Origin: Cyanophora paradoxa CCMP329
Taxonomy: Eukaryota; Plantae; Glaucophyta
NCBI GenBank assembly: GCA_004431415.1
Contig: QPMI01000035.1
Span: 241,352 to 305,351 of the forward strand
DNA: 64,000 nt
Direction of reading: 5' to 3'
Numbering within the stretch: position 1 is the stretch's first letter; every line of letters begins with the position of its first letter. Shown here in pieces: positions 52,089 through 63,291 of the stretch. The translations under genes and the position numbers were made by a program. The notes under the pieces were generated by a model, which did no database searches, was not told the DNA's origin, and worked only from the letters and a program-made list of their open reading frames with translations.

Positions 52089-52108
52089 CAAAAAGATAGT
52101 CGGTGAAA

Positions 52109-53497
52109 TTAGAGGTTCACCTTACGAAGACCCGCAGCATCAACAATTAGTACAGTGTGAAGGAGAGCTCGAACCTGGACGTAAATCTTGTTGTTAGCAT
52201 CGTAAGCAGCAGGGTTCATGATATTCAGGAAGCAGCTGCTGGAGTTCGTCAGATCTACGAAACCAGTTTGAGCAGCATTTCGAATCGATTTATCCCCACT
52301 AATGCAAAATGGCAATCCAGTCAGCACGTACCTATTCAAAGGTGCGTCGAGATTGGAGCACTTGAAGACATCAGCGATGAGTTCGGCACCTTGCAAGAGA
52401 GGGACAGGCTCATTTGAATAAAGCCGCTGTCCATTCAATTCGCAGGAAATAGTGATATCGCGAGCATTAGCCTCGGTTTTGAGGACACTGTGTTTTCCAT
52501 CAGTTTGGTTCATGTTTGGCTGCTTGCGAATGCTAACGAACAGGCCGTAGCAAAGTCCACTGATTTGAGACAGATTAATCCGGGTTGGCGCACCAGCACC
52601 TGCATAAGTAATTGAATCAGCATCAACCCAGCCGACATCGGTAGCGGGAATTGCGATTCCAGACGTTTTGACTTTCTCAATCACCTGGGCAAAAGTGGCC
52701 TCATCAACGTTGATGCAATGAGCAATAATCTTTGGATTCGAAAGCTCCGGATTGGCAGGGGTGACACTGAGAACATTGGGAGTTATATTCTGGCCGATGT
52801 TTGCAGGGGATGCAGCAGCAGCTCCCACGCTCCCAAGTCCATCTTCTTTAGAAGCATCACCGCCTATGGCATATTCTGTTACAAACCTACCACCATAGCT
52901 GGTTTCGACGAAGCCCTGGGCACGATCACGGAACCAAACCTCGACGGAAACCTCGCCAGATAGAGCACCAATCGGAAGCACAGAACCCTCCCAGGGACAG
53001 GGGATTTTTACACTGAAAATACCTCCAGTGCGATTGCTCCCCTGAGGTGGTGTTCCATGGAGCCAGCCACCGGATCGGTACTTCTTTTTAAGCTGAGCAT
53101 CATCATTGAAAATCAGAGCGCTGTGAACAAGCCAGTCCTCGGGGACAATGTAGCTGTAGGAAGCATATTTGATTTCGATTCGCTTTACGAGAGCACCAAC
53201 CGATCGCAAATAACCAGTGCGAACCAGGTCAGTGTCACCAGTAAATGCTGTCAACTCGGGCAGGGTAAACTGGAGTTCGAGCCCCTGAAGGAAGTTGTAT
53301 CTGGGAAGGAAGTAGGTGACTCGTTTACCGAAGCAGTCTCCATAGTCATTGCTTGGGTTGACAACAACACGAACAGGCTTGGTTTGGCTCGTTAGACCCA
53401 ACATAAGCTCATTGTTCATAAAGAAGTCCTTCGCTTCCTGCGGAGTTGTCAGGAGCTCTTTGAGGCCGAGCCGCTGCAAATTTTGAGTGACATCCAT
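52109..53497 (-). CDS. Double jelly-roll major capsid protein
   Basis: Beta-rich 462-aa ORF next to the ATPase, with FGKRVTYFLPRY.FLQGLELQFTLP, LVKRIEI and LPIGALSGEVSVEVWFR patterns typical of Polinton/PLV/NCLDV MCPs. Confidence 0.85.
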   Translation of the reverse strand: MDVTQNLQRLGLKELLTTPQEAKDFFMNNELMLGLTSQTKPVRVVVNPSNDYGDCFGKRVTYFLPRYNFLQGLELQFTLPELTAFTGDTDLVRTGYLRSVGALVKRIEIKYASYSYIVPEDWLVHSALIFNDDAQLKKKYRSGGWLHGTPPQGSNRTGGIFSVKIPCPWEGSVLPIGALSGEVSVEVWFRDRAQGFVETSYGGRFVTEYAIGGDASKEDGLGSVGAAAASPANIGQNITPNVLSVTPANPELSNPKIIAHCINVDEATFAQVIEKVKTSGIAIPATDVGWVDADSITYAGAGAPTRINLSQISGLCYGLFVSIRKQPNMNQTDGKHSVLKTEANARDITISCELNGQRLYSNEPVPLLQGAELIADVFKCSNLDAPLNRYVLTGLPFCISGDKSIRNAAQTGFVDLTNSSSCFLNIMNPAAYDANNKIYVQVRALLHTVLIVDAAGLRKVNL

Positions 53498-53542
53498 CGA
53501 ATTATATAATTGCTGTGAAAGAAAATAATTCTGCCGCTTAGC

Positions 53543-54496
53543 TCAGTTTGACGAATTGATCCAAGGATATGTCTTCGATCTTTTCTGTAGCTGAAGTTTT
53601 GCAAGTTCGTAAACAACATCACCATTGGGTTCGTCAGGACCATAACGAATTTCGAGAATAAATGACACAGGAGCTCCATTTAAATCAGCGATTCGCTGCA
53701 TAAAATCGTATATCTCAATAGTCACAGAGTACAGGTCCAGCTTTGAATAAACATACTTATACAAAGGAGTTGCTTCAGTTGAATCATAGTAGGCTGTTTC
53801 GCCTGGACGGAGGGCGCTGGAATGCTGAGCTTTGAGAAAAAGCCAGGAATTGAAGTATTGGGCATACTGACAAGGTCACCAATTTCAGGAATGCGAAGTA
53901 GCACATGATCATCGGAGTGACATCAGGCTCATAAGCGCCTGCTATATATTCAGTATTTATAGATAATGTCTTTGACCGAATCGGTAGAATTGATCGCAAG
54001 CCTAGCAGCTTTGCAGTTCGCTGAGCCCTAGCAACAGCCTGGTAGTTTCTGATTTCCCGCCCACCCAGGTTCGGTGCCAACATCAGAGCAATAAAGAACT
54101 CGAAGCTAGCTGTGAACCCTATTGATTTAACTGCTGAATTATACGTGCACGTGATACCAGTCCCCGTCAACCTTTCGTTTATCTTTGTCACAAGCGAGGT
54201 GACGTCGTAATTTCCAGATGGAATTGTAATGTTATTCCAGGCTCCAAAACCTGGCTGAGGTGGTCGGGTCCCTCATTTGCAGGATCATATTTGCACCAAT
54301 ATATATACGTGTCAAACACTAAATCCTCTGCTGGATCGAGTGCATCAACTGTGCTCATTGTGTTGGGGATCTCAGCTGATACCAAGCGCACAGCTTTTAC
54401 ATCCTGATAAACTTTAGGCAGTCTTACTTTAAATTTTGAGGTGGATGTCAGCTCATCCGCTTGGTGGCTTGCAATGCAGACGTAGTCCGTCGGCAT
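53543..54496 (-). pseudogene. Minor capsid (penton-like) protein 1, broken by ~3 frameshifts (decay or assembly indels)
   Basis: Fragments join as MPTDYVCIAS...FKVRLPKVYQDVKAVRLVSAEIPNT / ...PDVTP..Y.RIPEIG / ...LYSVTIEIYDFMQRIADLNGAPVSFILEI. Confidence 0.75.
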
Positions 54497-54523
54497 CTTT
54501 TTTATATCAGTTAGAGAATAAAA

Positions 54524-55444
54524 ATGGTCGAAGACAAGCATCGACGCTGCGTCAGGCTCAGCTTTGACAGTAGAGACAGAAGGCCAATCGATTCAGAGGC
54601 AAACTTTGTGCTAGAAATAAATGAACCTATAATCAATCCAGTTGCTGTTCGACTTACCCAGTGTGAGTTCGCAAACAGCCTTTACACGAGCATTAGAGAT
54701 GAGTATCTTTCGATCACCTTCCCCAACATTTGGACGGAAAATCTGGCAGTTTTTGAGCCTGGTATAATTACTACTGCAAATATGGGCGAAACAGATCTTT
54801 ACAACTTTGGCCTATCGTTTAAGTTTGAACTGGGGGGAATCGTAATAGCATATTTCAAATTGTTTCGGGACCCAGAGACACTGAAAATGTCTGCTTATTG
54901 CAACCGTTCCTGCACAGTGACCTGCCAGTTCAAAGCTCTATCGAATCTGCTAGGGCTGAACCGAAATGAGCCCCTCCAGCTGTCTCCTATCGTGATTGAA
55001 GGAGGACAAAGATCAGTAACTGCAGCTGAGCGATATCTCGAAGTTGCTGGCATTCCAGTAACACCTTCACACCCTGAATATGGCGTGGACTTCACCGAAA
55101 GAATGCGGAGTGAGCCACTTGGTTATGCTGTCGAATTTCCAAAGATAATTGACATGAACAGCGACCAGTATCTATTCCTAGTCTGTGAAGAGCTTCGACC
55201 ATTTGCTTCAAAGCTTCGCCGTGGGGCCAAAACAATGTGCAACTACGGGCTTGCTCGAATTCAAATGAGTCAGGACGTTGGCAAATTCGTTTATATAAAT
55301 CAGGATCATCAAAGCGAATGGATCCCCATCGAAGAGCGTCTTGTGCTGACTTCCTTGCGACTGCGCATTGTAGACAGAGATGGTGATGATGTATTACTGA
55401 ATGGATTGCCATGGTCTGGGGAGCTCCAGTTCAAACTGATTTGA
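54524..55444 (+). CDS. Minor capsid (penton-like) protein 2, intact
   Basis: FDSRDR...NFVLEINEPI..VAVRLTQCEFANSLY ... YLFLVCEEL...LARIQM...LTSLRLRIVDRDGDDVLLNGLPWSGELQF; same terminal signatures as protein 1. Confidence 0.8.
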   Translation: MVEDKHRRCVRLSFDSRDRRPIDSEANFVLEINEPIINPVAVRLTQCEFANSLYTSIRDEYLSITFPNIWTENLAVFEPGIITTANMGETDLYNFGLSFKFELGGIVIAYFKLFRDPETLKMSAYCNRSCTVTCQFKALSNLLGLNRNEPLQLSPIVIEGGQRSVTAAERYLEVAGIPVTPSHPEYGVDFTERMRSEPLGYAVEFPKIIDMNSDQYLFLVCEELRPFASKLRRGAKTMCNYGLARIQMSQDVGKFVYINQDHQSEWIPIEERLVLTSLRLRIVDRDGDDVLLNGLPWSGELQFKLI

Positions 55445-55446
55445 AA

Positions 55447-55753
55447 AGTCGACAGACAAGCAGTCTCGGCTGTGCCTCCGCCCCGTTTTATTTCTTGGCA
55501 CAATATATAAAAAAATGTCGCAGTTGATGCCCATAGCTCAGATTGAAAAGTACTTACCGTTGATGCGGGACAAAAAAGTATCACTTGTTGCGATTGGAGA
55601 TAAGCCAAGCACAGTCGGCAGACAAGCTGCCTCGGCTGCGCCCAAACAAACCTAGGTTTTCTGCAAGCTTACCGCCGATTTGGTCCTGACGGAATCAAAA
55701 AGGAGCTCGCAACCAGAAACAGTCGGCAGACAAGCTGCCTCGGCTGCGCCCAA
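55447..55753 (+). repeat. Cluster of a short hairpin repeat family (AGTCGnnAGACAAGC...); further copies at 62917-62939 (+) and 63302-63316 (-)
   Basis: Exact 35-bp copies acagtcggcagacaagctgcctcggctgcgcccaa at 55611 and 55719; variant agtcgacagacaagcagtctcggctgtgcc at 55447. Confidence 0.9.
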
Positions 55754-55905
55754 CTTGGTATCAGCGAAGAGAGAATTACATTAAGAGGCGACTGGGAGGG
55801 CGTAATGGAGCACCATTTTGGGAGAAAGATAAATCTGGCAGAACTATTCCAACACGTCTTGGACTCTCTCTGATTTCCTGGGCATTCATGCCGCCGCCTA
55901 ATTAA
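55515..55905 (+). pseudogene. Small viral gene interrupted twice by an identical hairpin element
   Basis: Segments MSQLMP...VAIGDKPS / TNLGFLQAYRRFGPDGIKKELATRN / TWYQRRENYIKRRL...PTRLGLSLISWAFMPPPN* lie in three frames, separated exactly by the repeats at 55611-55645 and 55719-55753. Confidence 0.7.
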
Positions 55906-57382
55906 TGTAACGTCCCCGGAAATCAAGCCGGAATGCATTCACATTTATAAATTCGTTTGTTATAATTTGCACATAGTTATATACCTGTGGGGTGAACAAA
56001 TGCGAGTCACTATGCATTAGATCGAAGCCTGTCATAGATGGGTTTGCAGCAAGCACATTTGCTAGGACCGTATTTTCAAAAAGCCTCCCATCTTGGACAT
56101 ATCCTAAGTTGGTCAGAATGCTGAAATTAAATAGGACTCCGGCAGCAAAGGCTGGCCCATACATAATGATTTGATGTAGCTCAAAAGGCTTTGGAAATTC
56201 GACTTTAATCCAGGGATTAGGTAGAGTGCCACCTTGGAACCCTGTTGAGTTGGGTCGCACATGAGAAGGTGGGTGCAATTCCTCAAAGTCGTTGCTTGTA
56301 ATGTTTGCATCTGGAATTATAAACCAGTTGACATCAAATGGCGGCTCAACTGTTAAAGTAGACGATATGATTAGTCTCTCATCGTTCAGTAGGTCGTAGT
56401 TCGCCAGTAGAAAGCTGCAGAGTGCATTTATTTTAGCATTTATTTCGGTTTGTTTCAGCCATAAATCAGTCGTGGAAATCAAATAAGAAATATTCGATGG
56501 GGAGGCATCGTCAAGCTTGCTCATGACTGCAGCTGGTAGTGGAACACTTAAACGCCAGTATCTTGTTAGATTCCTATCCGCATCAACTGGAAGCAGTTCC
56601 TGCATTTGAAAGTGCGATTCCAGCTCGCTACCAGCCATTAGCATAGAAATGATTGGGCTGCCTGAGAGGGATAGGATCCAGCCCAGTGCGCCCCAGCCTG
56701 ACGTCTCCGAATTCGAAAAGCCTGCAGTCAATTGCTCACTGGCTTGGACTTCACCACAGCTAATGCTCACAAGAACAATTGGATCTTCTGCATCGTAAAT
56801 TTTACTGGCGTGGCTGAGTGCAGCAACTGAGGGATTATTCAAACAGGCAATTGCCCCGTCAACAAGGTTTTTGTCTCCTAGAACCTTCGGTGGAAAGAAT
56901 GTTGGCGCTGCAGAAGATGCTCTAACTGCATCACGAATCAGCGTGCTCGAGTATGGCCCATCTTTGGTGAAAACTACGGGCTGCATCCGAACTGTATCAA
57001 ACGCTGTAATTAATATGTCTTTGGTCGATTCTGCAATTGTGTAGTCTAGGGCAACGTCTGTGAGCACCGACTCTAGAGGGTTTGCATCATAGCGGCTTCC
57101 TGAGAGCAAGCTTGTGAGTGATCTCGGATTTGCAAATATTACAGGTAGGTTCGTTTGATATAGACTCAAGATATCACCTGCAGAATATCGGTAAGCAAGA
57201 ACAGAGCCTGGAGTTGATGGGATCGCCAATCCGGCCGCTATTATTGCCCCTGTTGAGGTGCCTGCAAAGAAATCAAACAGCTGTGGTATTGCTTTCCCAG
57301 TAATCGCCTCAATCCGCTGTAGAATTCGGGCAATGACTATGCCACGAGCACCTCCACCTGATAGTGAGAGAATGACCTTCAT
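55898..57382 (-). CDS. Patatin-like phospholipase with a C-terminal discoidin/galactose-binding-like domain
   Basis: ILSLSGGGARG (oxyanion), FAGTSTG (GxSxG), ASSAAPTFFPP, LVDGA..NNP. Tail NPWIKVEFPKPFELHQIIMYG. Confidence 0.92.
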   Translation of the reverse strand: MKVILSLSGGGARGIVIARILQRIEAITGKAIPQLFDFFAGTSTGAIIAAGLAIPSTPGSVLAYRYSAGDILSLYQTNLPVIFANPRSLTSLLSGSRYDANPLESVLTDVALDYTIAESTKDILITAFDTVRMQPVVFTKDGPYSSTLIRDAVRASSAAPTFFPPKVLGDKNLVDGAIACLNNPSVAALSHASKIYDAEDPIVLVSISCGEVQASEQLTAGFSNSETSGWGALGWILSLSGSPIISMLMAGSELESHFQMQELLPVDADRNLTRYWRLSVPLPAAVMSKLDDASPSNISYLISTTDLWLKQTEINAKINALCSFLLANYDLLNDERLIISSTLTVEPPFDVNWFIIPDANITSNDFEELHPPSHVRPNSTGFQGGTLPNPWIKVEFPKPFELHQIIMYGPAFAAGVLFNFSILTNLGYVQDGRLFENTVLANVLAANPSMTGFDLMHSDSHLFTPQVYNYVQIITNEFINVNAFRLDFRGRYIN

Positions 57383-58374
57383 TTTTAAAAGGGGCTTATA
57401 TAAAAATGTCCTACATCTTGAAGAAGCCAGTGCCACTTCGTAGATCTCCAGATTTCGTTGATGATCGACTCATTAATATTCGCGTTTTTGGAAGCATCTT
57501 GGCAGACTTCAATGCTGATCGTGACATCCACAGGACCGAGTTTAGTCGACCAGCTGCATTAATTCTGCGGAACTCTCACGTTGGTGCCCCAGATATTGCA
57601 CAGAGATTCTGTCTTGGTCCACTGAGAACTTTGTTGCTGAAATTATTGGGTCCAGGGCGTTGCCACGACACCTGCGAATTGCCTCCTCAGGCACAGTCTC
57701 CAAGTATGATTCTGGTAGATTGATATTTAGGCTCCAAAATGATAGAGGGGTCCATACATCAGCTCTACGTCTAATTGATGAATCAAATGATGTCGCAAAC
57801 AAAACTGCGGCTCAAATCACTGGCGAATTCTCCTTGGCGAAGATGCTGCAATATCAGTGCTTGCATCACAAATTCAGCCGTTCCCCTGGGATCTACTATA
57901 TACCGATGCACGAGAAGCAAATCTTCTTTTCGGGTTTGATGTAAATCAATCGATACCGAGCCAGCCACCAGGTTCGATATTCCTGGATGCACCTTCGGCT
58001 CTATCTTGATTGAGGCTGACAGGCACCTGCTCCCGGCATTGCATGATAGATATGACCTAGGGCTTCGCACCAGGCAGTGGAGAAATATTCATGGAACTAA
58101 TATTTATCAGGATGGTAAGAAGGTTAGCACTGAAGAGCAGGTTATCAACATTTTCAACTACTACTTCGGACCTATTGTCCCTATACCACCTCTTCCAGGG
58201 TTACCAAAGCCGCCAATCCCGGATGGACCTGGTCGAGAGCGAGTTGCTGATGAGACAGTTCCTTTCGGTCAACATATTGTCAGTTGGGAGCAAGTTCGCA
58301 ATAAACCTATCTTCGAACCGAAAAAACAAATAGATGAACAGTATTTACCTCCTGAAATCGATATATTAGAGCTT

Positions 58375-58660
58375 GATGATTACCAATTTGTCCCAGATGA
58401 GGAAGAGTTTTTACCTGACGGTTTCGACCCGCAAGAGTATGAGTATGATCAATTCGACCCAAATGAGGAAGAGTATTTACCGATGGTTTAGATCCACAAG
58501 AGTATCAGTATGAACAGAATTATGAACCCCATGAGGAATATTTAGCAGATGGTCTCGAACCACCAGTTGTGGATTATGAGCAACCTTATGAACCCCATGA
58601 GGAGTTTTACCAGATGGATTACAACCGGAGCTTTTTGAGTTCTTTCCAGATTGGGAACAG
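58375..58660 (+). repeat. ~66-bp coding repeats (acidic EE(F/Y)LPDG..P..Y.Y), about 4 copies
   Basis: Recurrent atgagga...tta..gatgg..ga.cc blocks. Confidence 0.75.
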
Positions 58661-59465
58661 ATCAACAACAAACCAGCGAGATATCCACCAGAGGATCACA
58701 ACCATGATTGGATGAGATCTTGGTAAACCTGAGAAATATCCACCTGAAGATCACAGGCATGATTGGGGCGATATCGATGGAATTCCACCTGAGTTTCCGC
58801 CAGAAGACCATTTACATATTTGGAGCGAAATACGAGAGCAGCCCACTTTTGCATCAGCAGGAAATGTATTATTAGGAGATATTAACAATGGTGTGAGTCT
58901 CTACCAAAATATAAACACACCAGAAAGATTACAATTAAACGATTATTATGTGAATCGTCAGGGAATCGATGCAGGCACCACAATGGACGGTGAATTGTAT
59001 ATTAGACCACCCACAAGGGATGTAATATTACCACTTGGTGGTGGAATTGAAATTAAAAATACAAAACCAGGAATCTACTTAACAAACTACTACCCGATGA
59101 TGTCCCGATGACAGCAGGATTTATTTCTCTACCATCTGATCCAGCAAACTATGATAACAAAGATGCAACAATACAAATTAATGTGACTAATGTAAGCGAT
59201 TTAGACGGATCAAGACCAAAATTAATATTTAGCCGTGAGCAACTCGCAGCAGAAACACTTTAGGAGATCGCGATGATTATAAACAATGTGAGGTAGCATG
59301 GATTAAAACAAATTATAATGGTGGAGTTCCTGAGGGTCTTTTAGAAATCAATCAGAGAGCCTCAGCGAAAAACATTCATAACGAAAATATTTCAAGAGTC
59401 GTAACAGAAGATTATTTAGATGGGATAATATCCCTGACGCACCCGAAAAATTCCCACCCTCAGAC

Positions 59466-59860
59466 CATGAACATGTTAAAGCAGATATTACGGATTTTGC
59501 ACATACTCATGTCAAAGCCGATATTACAGATTTTGCCCACACTCACACAAAAGATCAAATAACAGATTTCGCACATGAACACGTCAAAGCCGATATTACG
59601 GATTTCGCACATGAACACGTCAAAGCGGATATTACAGATTTCGCCCATACTCACACAAAAGCAGATATCTCAGACTTTGCCCATACTCATCTAAAAGCAG
59701 ATATTACAGACTTTGCACATGCTCACACAAAAGCAGATATCACAGATTTTGAACACACCCACCTTAAAGCAGATATTACAGACTTTGCACATACTCACCT
59801 AAAAGCAGATATTACAGATTTGCACATACCCACACAAAAGTGGATATCTCAGATTTTGCA
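59466..59860 (+). repeat. 36-bp tandem coding repeat x11 (HxHxKADITDFA)
   Basis: Units start at 59466, 59502, 59538 and onward; one single-base deletion near 59820. Confidence 0.93.
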
Positions 59861-62800
59861 CATAGGCACAATTGGGACGAAATAGACGAACAGCCAGTTT
59901 TTGCCAATTGAATGCAATCGGAAACGTTTTAATGGAGTCACACTTTACCAATCGAGTAATACACCTGAAAGGCTATTTTTGAATGATCATTATGTTAGTC
60001 TCAATGGTTCATTTACAGGTCAAGACGGCACACCGATGGTGGGAACTCTTGCAGTAAGATTACCCAGGGATCCAATCGTAAATGGAGTGTATAGTGGCGA
60101 TTTTAATGTAGGAATTAATGATACTTTCCCCAGTATCTATGTCACGAATTATCACCCGGGTGAAACAGGACAAGTAGCGGATTTTTCAGCAGCGATACAA
60201 GTAAATGTAACAGATCAAAGCGCATATGATGGAGCAAGACCTAAGATAGTTTTCACAAGGGAGAAAGTTGTAAACTACCTTCCTGTTGTGGGACAACCCA
60301 CAGATGATCACGGGAAATGTGAGATGGCGTGGATAAAAACAACATCAGGTGGCGCCTTAGAAGTCAATCAGAGAATGGCGGCGAAAAACTTACACAATAC
60401 CACCATTTCGGTGTTGTTACAGATGATTATTTAGAAAACAAAGATTATGTTACAAATACAGAATTACAATTAGCTGTTACAGATTTTGTTACAGATACCG
60501 AATTAACGTCAGCTCTTGCTAATTATCTACCTCTAACAGGTGGAACTATTACAGGAACTGTGAATGCTACCACTCTACAAATTGGTGAAACCACAATACC
60601 AAAAGGTTACGATTTCGACCAATTAGATGTGGTTTCGACAGACAGGAGCGCAAATAATTGGAACTTAGGATGGACACCAAGAACCGGACAAACAGGATGT
60701 TATACAACACCACAAAATGATGAAGATTGTAGCGCTTGTTTTATGCGTTGGACAGTTCCAGAAGGTATGAAATCGTTTACATCCAGCACATGCCGTGGTA
60801 TAATGGTAGATACTTTGATATTTACGGCAAACTGTGAATGGATATCAACATTTCTTAAAACGAGTTAATGATTATCAAGGAATCCAATCAGTTAATAATG
60901 ATGGAACCAATAATACTATTTTGTTCACTTCTATCAATTGCGAATTTTACACAAGATATATATTCAAGGTCGAAAAGGTCGCATTCATCTCACAGGTGTT
61001 TTTGGGTGGAGCAGACAGAGAGCAACAGATAATGAATTGGGCATGATCTCTTGGGATAATATATTTAGCAAACCGTCATTTTACTCAGCCGCAGACCTTC
61101 CAGCAACGCAAATGGACAACTAACACATGGTTAAAATCAACAGACAATATAGAAAGATTTTGGTCGGTAATAATGATTGCACATATATACGAGGATATGG
61201 AAACTCTGAAAATGTATGTGTGGAGTTTCGCAATGGCTCCGATTTAGCATATTAAAAATCATATAAATAATGTAATTTATGGATAGGAAGAGGTTTAAAT
61301 GTCACTACAAGTGTAAGCGCAGCATCAATTACAGCAACTACTATAAATGCAACAACCATAGATGTTGCAACACTAAAAAGAAATGGTTATGACGTTCCGA
61401 AATGTTATGCTTTTGATGACACAGTAGCAGGTGGCGCTTATCAGTTATCGAGCGGAACTTGATAGTTGGATATGGAAACTCTTGGATCCAGGATATAATT
61501 ATGGAAGTTATGCATATAACAGTGAATCCGATGATACAGCAGTTCCTACAACTACTTGGATTCAATACACAATCCCAGCAGCATTAGTAAATGGACAGCA
61601 TTCCTTACACATTTTACCATGGTATAATTGCCGTTATTTTGAAATTTGGGGAGTCCGTAGTAATGCAACAACTGTATTTATTACGAGAGTTAATAACTAT
61701 CAGCCACATGACGGCAATAGCGACGTTACCACAATGGAATTATAATGTCCCAATCTTCCTTGCCGGTCGATTTACTCACATTCGTATTTATCCCAAAGTT
61801 GGAAGAGTTCACATTATGGGAATAGGTTTTACACACGATCGAGCTAATAGTAGTTCATATGGTGGACACACCGGTTTTATTCATTGGAATAAAGTTTATA
61901 GTAAACCTACTATTCCTACATCTTATCTGTCGTTAACAGATGTCACTAATTCAATCGGAAATATTACCAGTTTTGATGTGGTTTCAGGATGGAATAGTGC
62001 GACTGTTTATTTTATAGGATCTTGGGAACAGGTTGGAAACCTACAACAGACAATCCAGTAGAAGGATTTTATAGTAACATCGAAAATGATACCACAAGTG
62101 GTGACTACATGCAAATGAAGTTCCCAGTGGAATGCGAACATGTCATGTCCAATATTTCTGTTGGACAAATTGCAGATATTTCGATATTGGAGGTTATCGA
62201 AACAATAGATGGAATCACATAATGCGAGTAAATACCTATCAGAATATTTCAAATGTAGCCGATTCAAATTGGCATGATGGGTTAACATGGACATCCTTCT
62301 TTTGTGCGAATTTCTCACATATTCGATTTTTGCAAGAAAGGGGAGATGTCACATTGGGATGATTGGATGGACAAAAGAAGTAGGAAGAACAGCACCAGCA
62401 AATGGGATGATCAGTTGGGATAATGTGTTCAGTAAACCAGGAACAGCAGTATGGTCGCATAACACATGGTTAGCATCAACAGAAGGCTATTCCCGTTTCT
62501 ATTTTTCCAGTGATGGAACAACATTATAAGAGGACATGGAACATATGTTTGTGTGTGGAGAGATGCAAATGATTGGGATATGGCTTCGTTGGATAATGTA
62601 GGGACATTTTGGGTAAGGACACAATACCTTGCAAGTGATAGGAGATACAAAACAGATATTAGAAGCTAACAGGGGCGTTGCCAGCAATTGAAAGATTAGA
62701 AGGGGTGTCTTACAAGAAAAAAGATACCCAAAATGGTAGAACCTGTTTAGGACTAATAGCACAAGATGTGGAGAAAGTGATACCAGAAGTTGTTGGAAAA

Positions 62801-62986
62801 GGAAAGGATGGGTTGTTAGCAATTGAATACACAGCATTGGTTCCTGTTCTCATAGAAGCCGTTAAAGAATTATCCCAGAAATGCAAGAGTTTACAAGATC
62901 AAATAGACCAATGGCGCAGTCGCTAGACAAGCTAGCTCGCGGTCAGGCTGCTTAACTGCCGTAATAAAAATGTCTCAGTATAATAA

Positions 62987-63291
62987 ATGGCGACGTATCC
63001 ACTCGGTGGATCTCCTTCCACTACTTCTGAGCCTGTCGCTCTTGCATTCGATATACAAACTTGTAGCAGCACTACAAACTGTCGAAAAAACGATACAACA
63101 AACTAACAAACTGTCCCCAGTTGTTCATGATATAAAACCTCTTGGTTAATGTCCTTGCGCAATCGGCTTATGGTGATCCTGTTGCTAAATACTCTGAGTG
63201 CGATAGCAATATCAAAGCAATGACAGCCAATATTCAAGCTCTTTCTGTTGCTTACCAAGCCCTTGGAGCGAATCTAATCACTTTGGCTTGA
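62987..63291 (+). CDS. Small hypothetical viral protein (frameshifted)
   Basis: tataataaATG MATYPLGGSP... and a terminal segment ...YQALGANLITLA*. Confidence 0.4.

Larger units (their letters stand above)
57406..62926 (+). pseudogene. Long phage-type tail-fibre/spike gene with His-rich fibre repeats and a C-terminal peptidase S74 intramolecular chaperone; many frameshifts, and may be more than one gene
   Basis: LLPALHDRYDLG..RQWRNI; WxxIxNKP motifs; PPEDHxHxW repeats; HxHxKADITDFA x11; C-terminus SDRRYKTDI...GLIAQDVEKVIPEVV...IEYTALVPVLIEAVKEL. Confidence 0.8.

Noticed and set aside
52109-53497. Mavirus-type virophage classification (also pPolB + RVE integrase)
   Set aside because: The MCP is shorter and more Polinton/PLV-like than virophage MCPs, and no virophage protease is seen. 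Not fully excluded without phylogeny.
54527-54553. Possible sixth hairpin copy at the penton-2 start (gtcgaagacaagcatcgacgctgcgtc)
   Set aside because: Partial similarity with a different stem register, inside coding sequence; may be chance.
60600-62460. Diversity-generating retroelement acting on the fibre domains
   Set aside because: No near-identical TR/VR pair differing at adenines, and the only RT is a host LINE 25 kb away.
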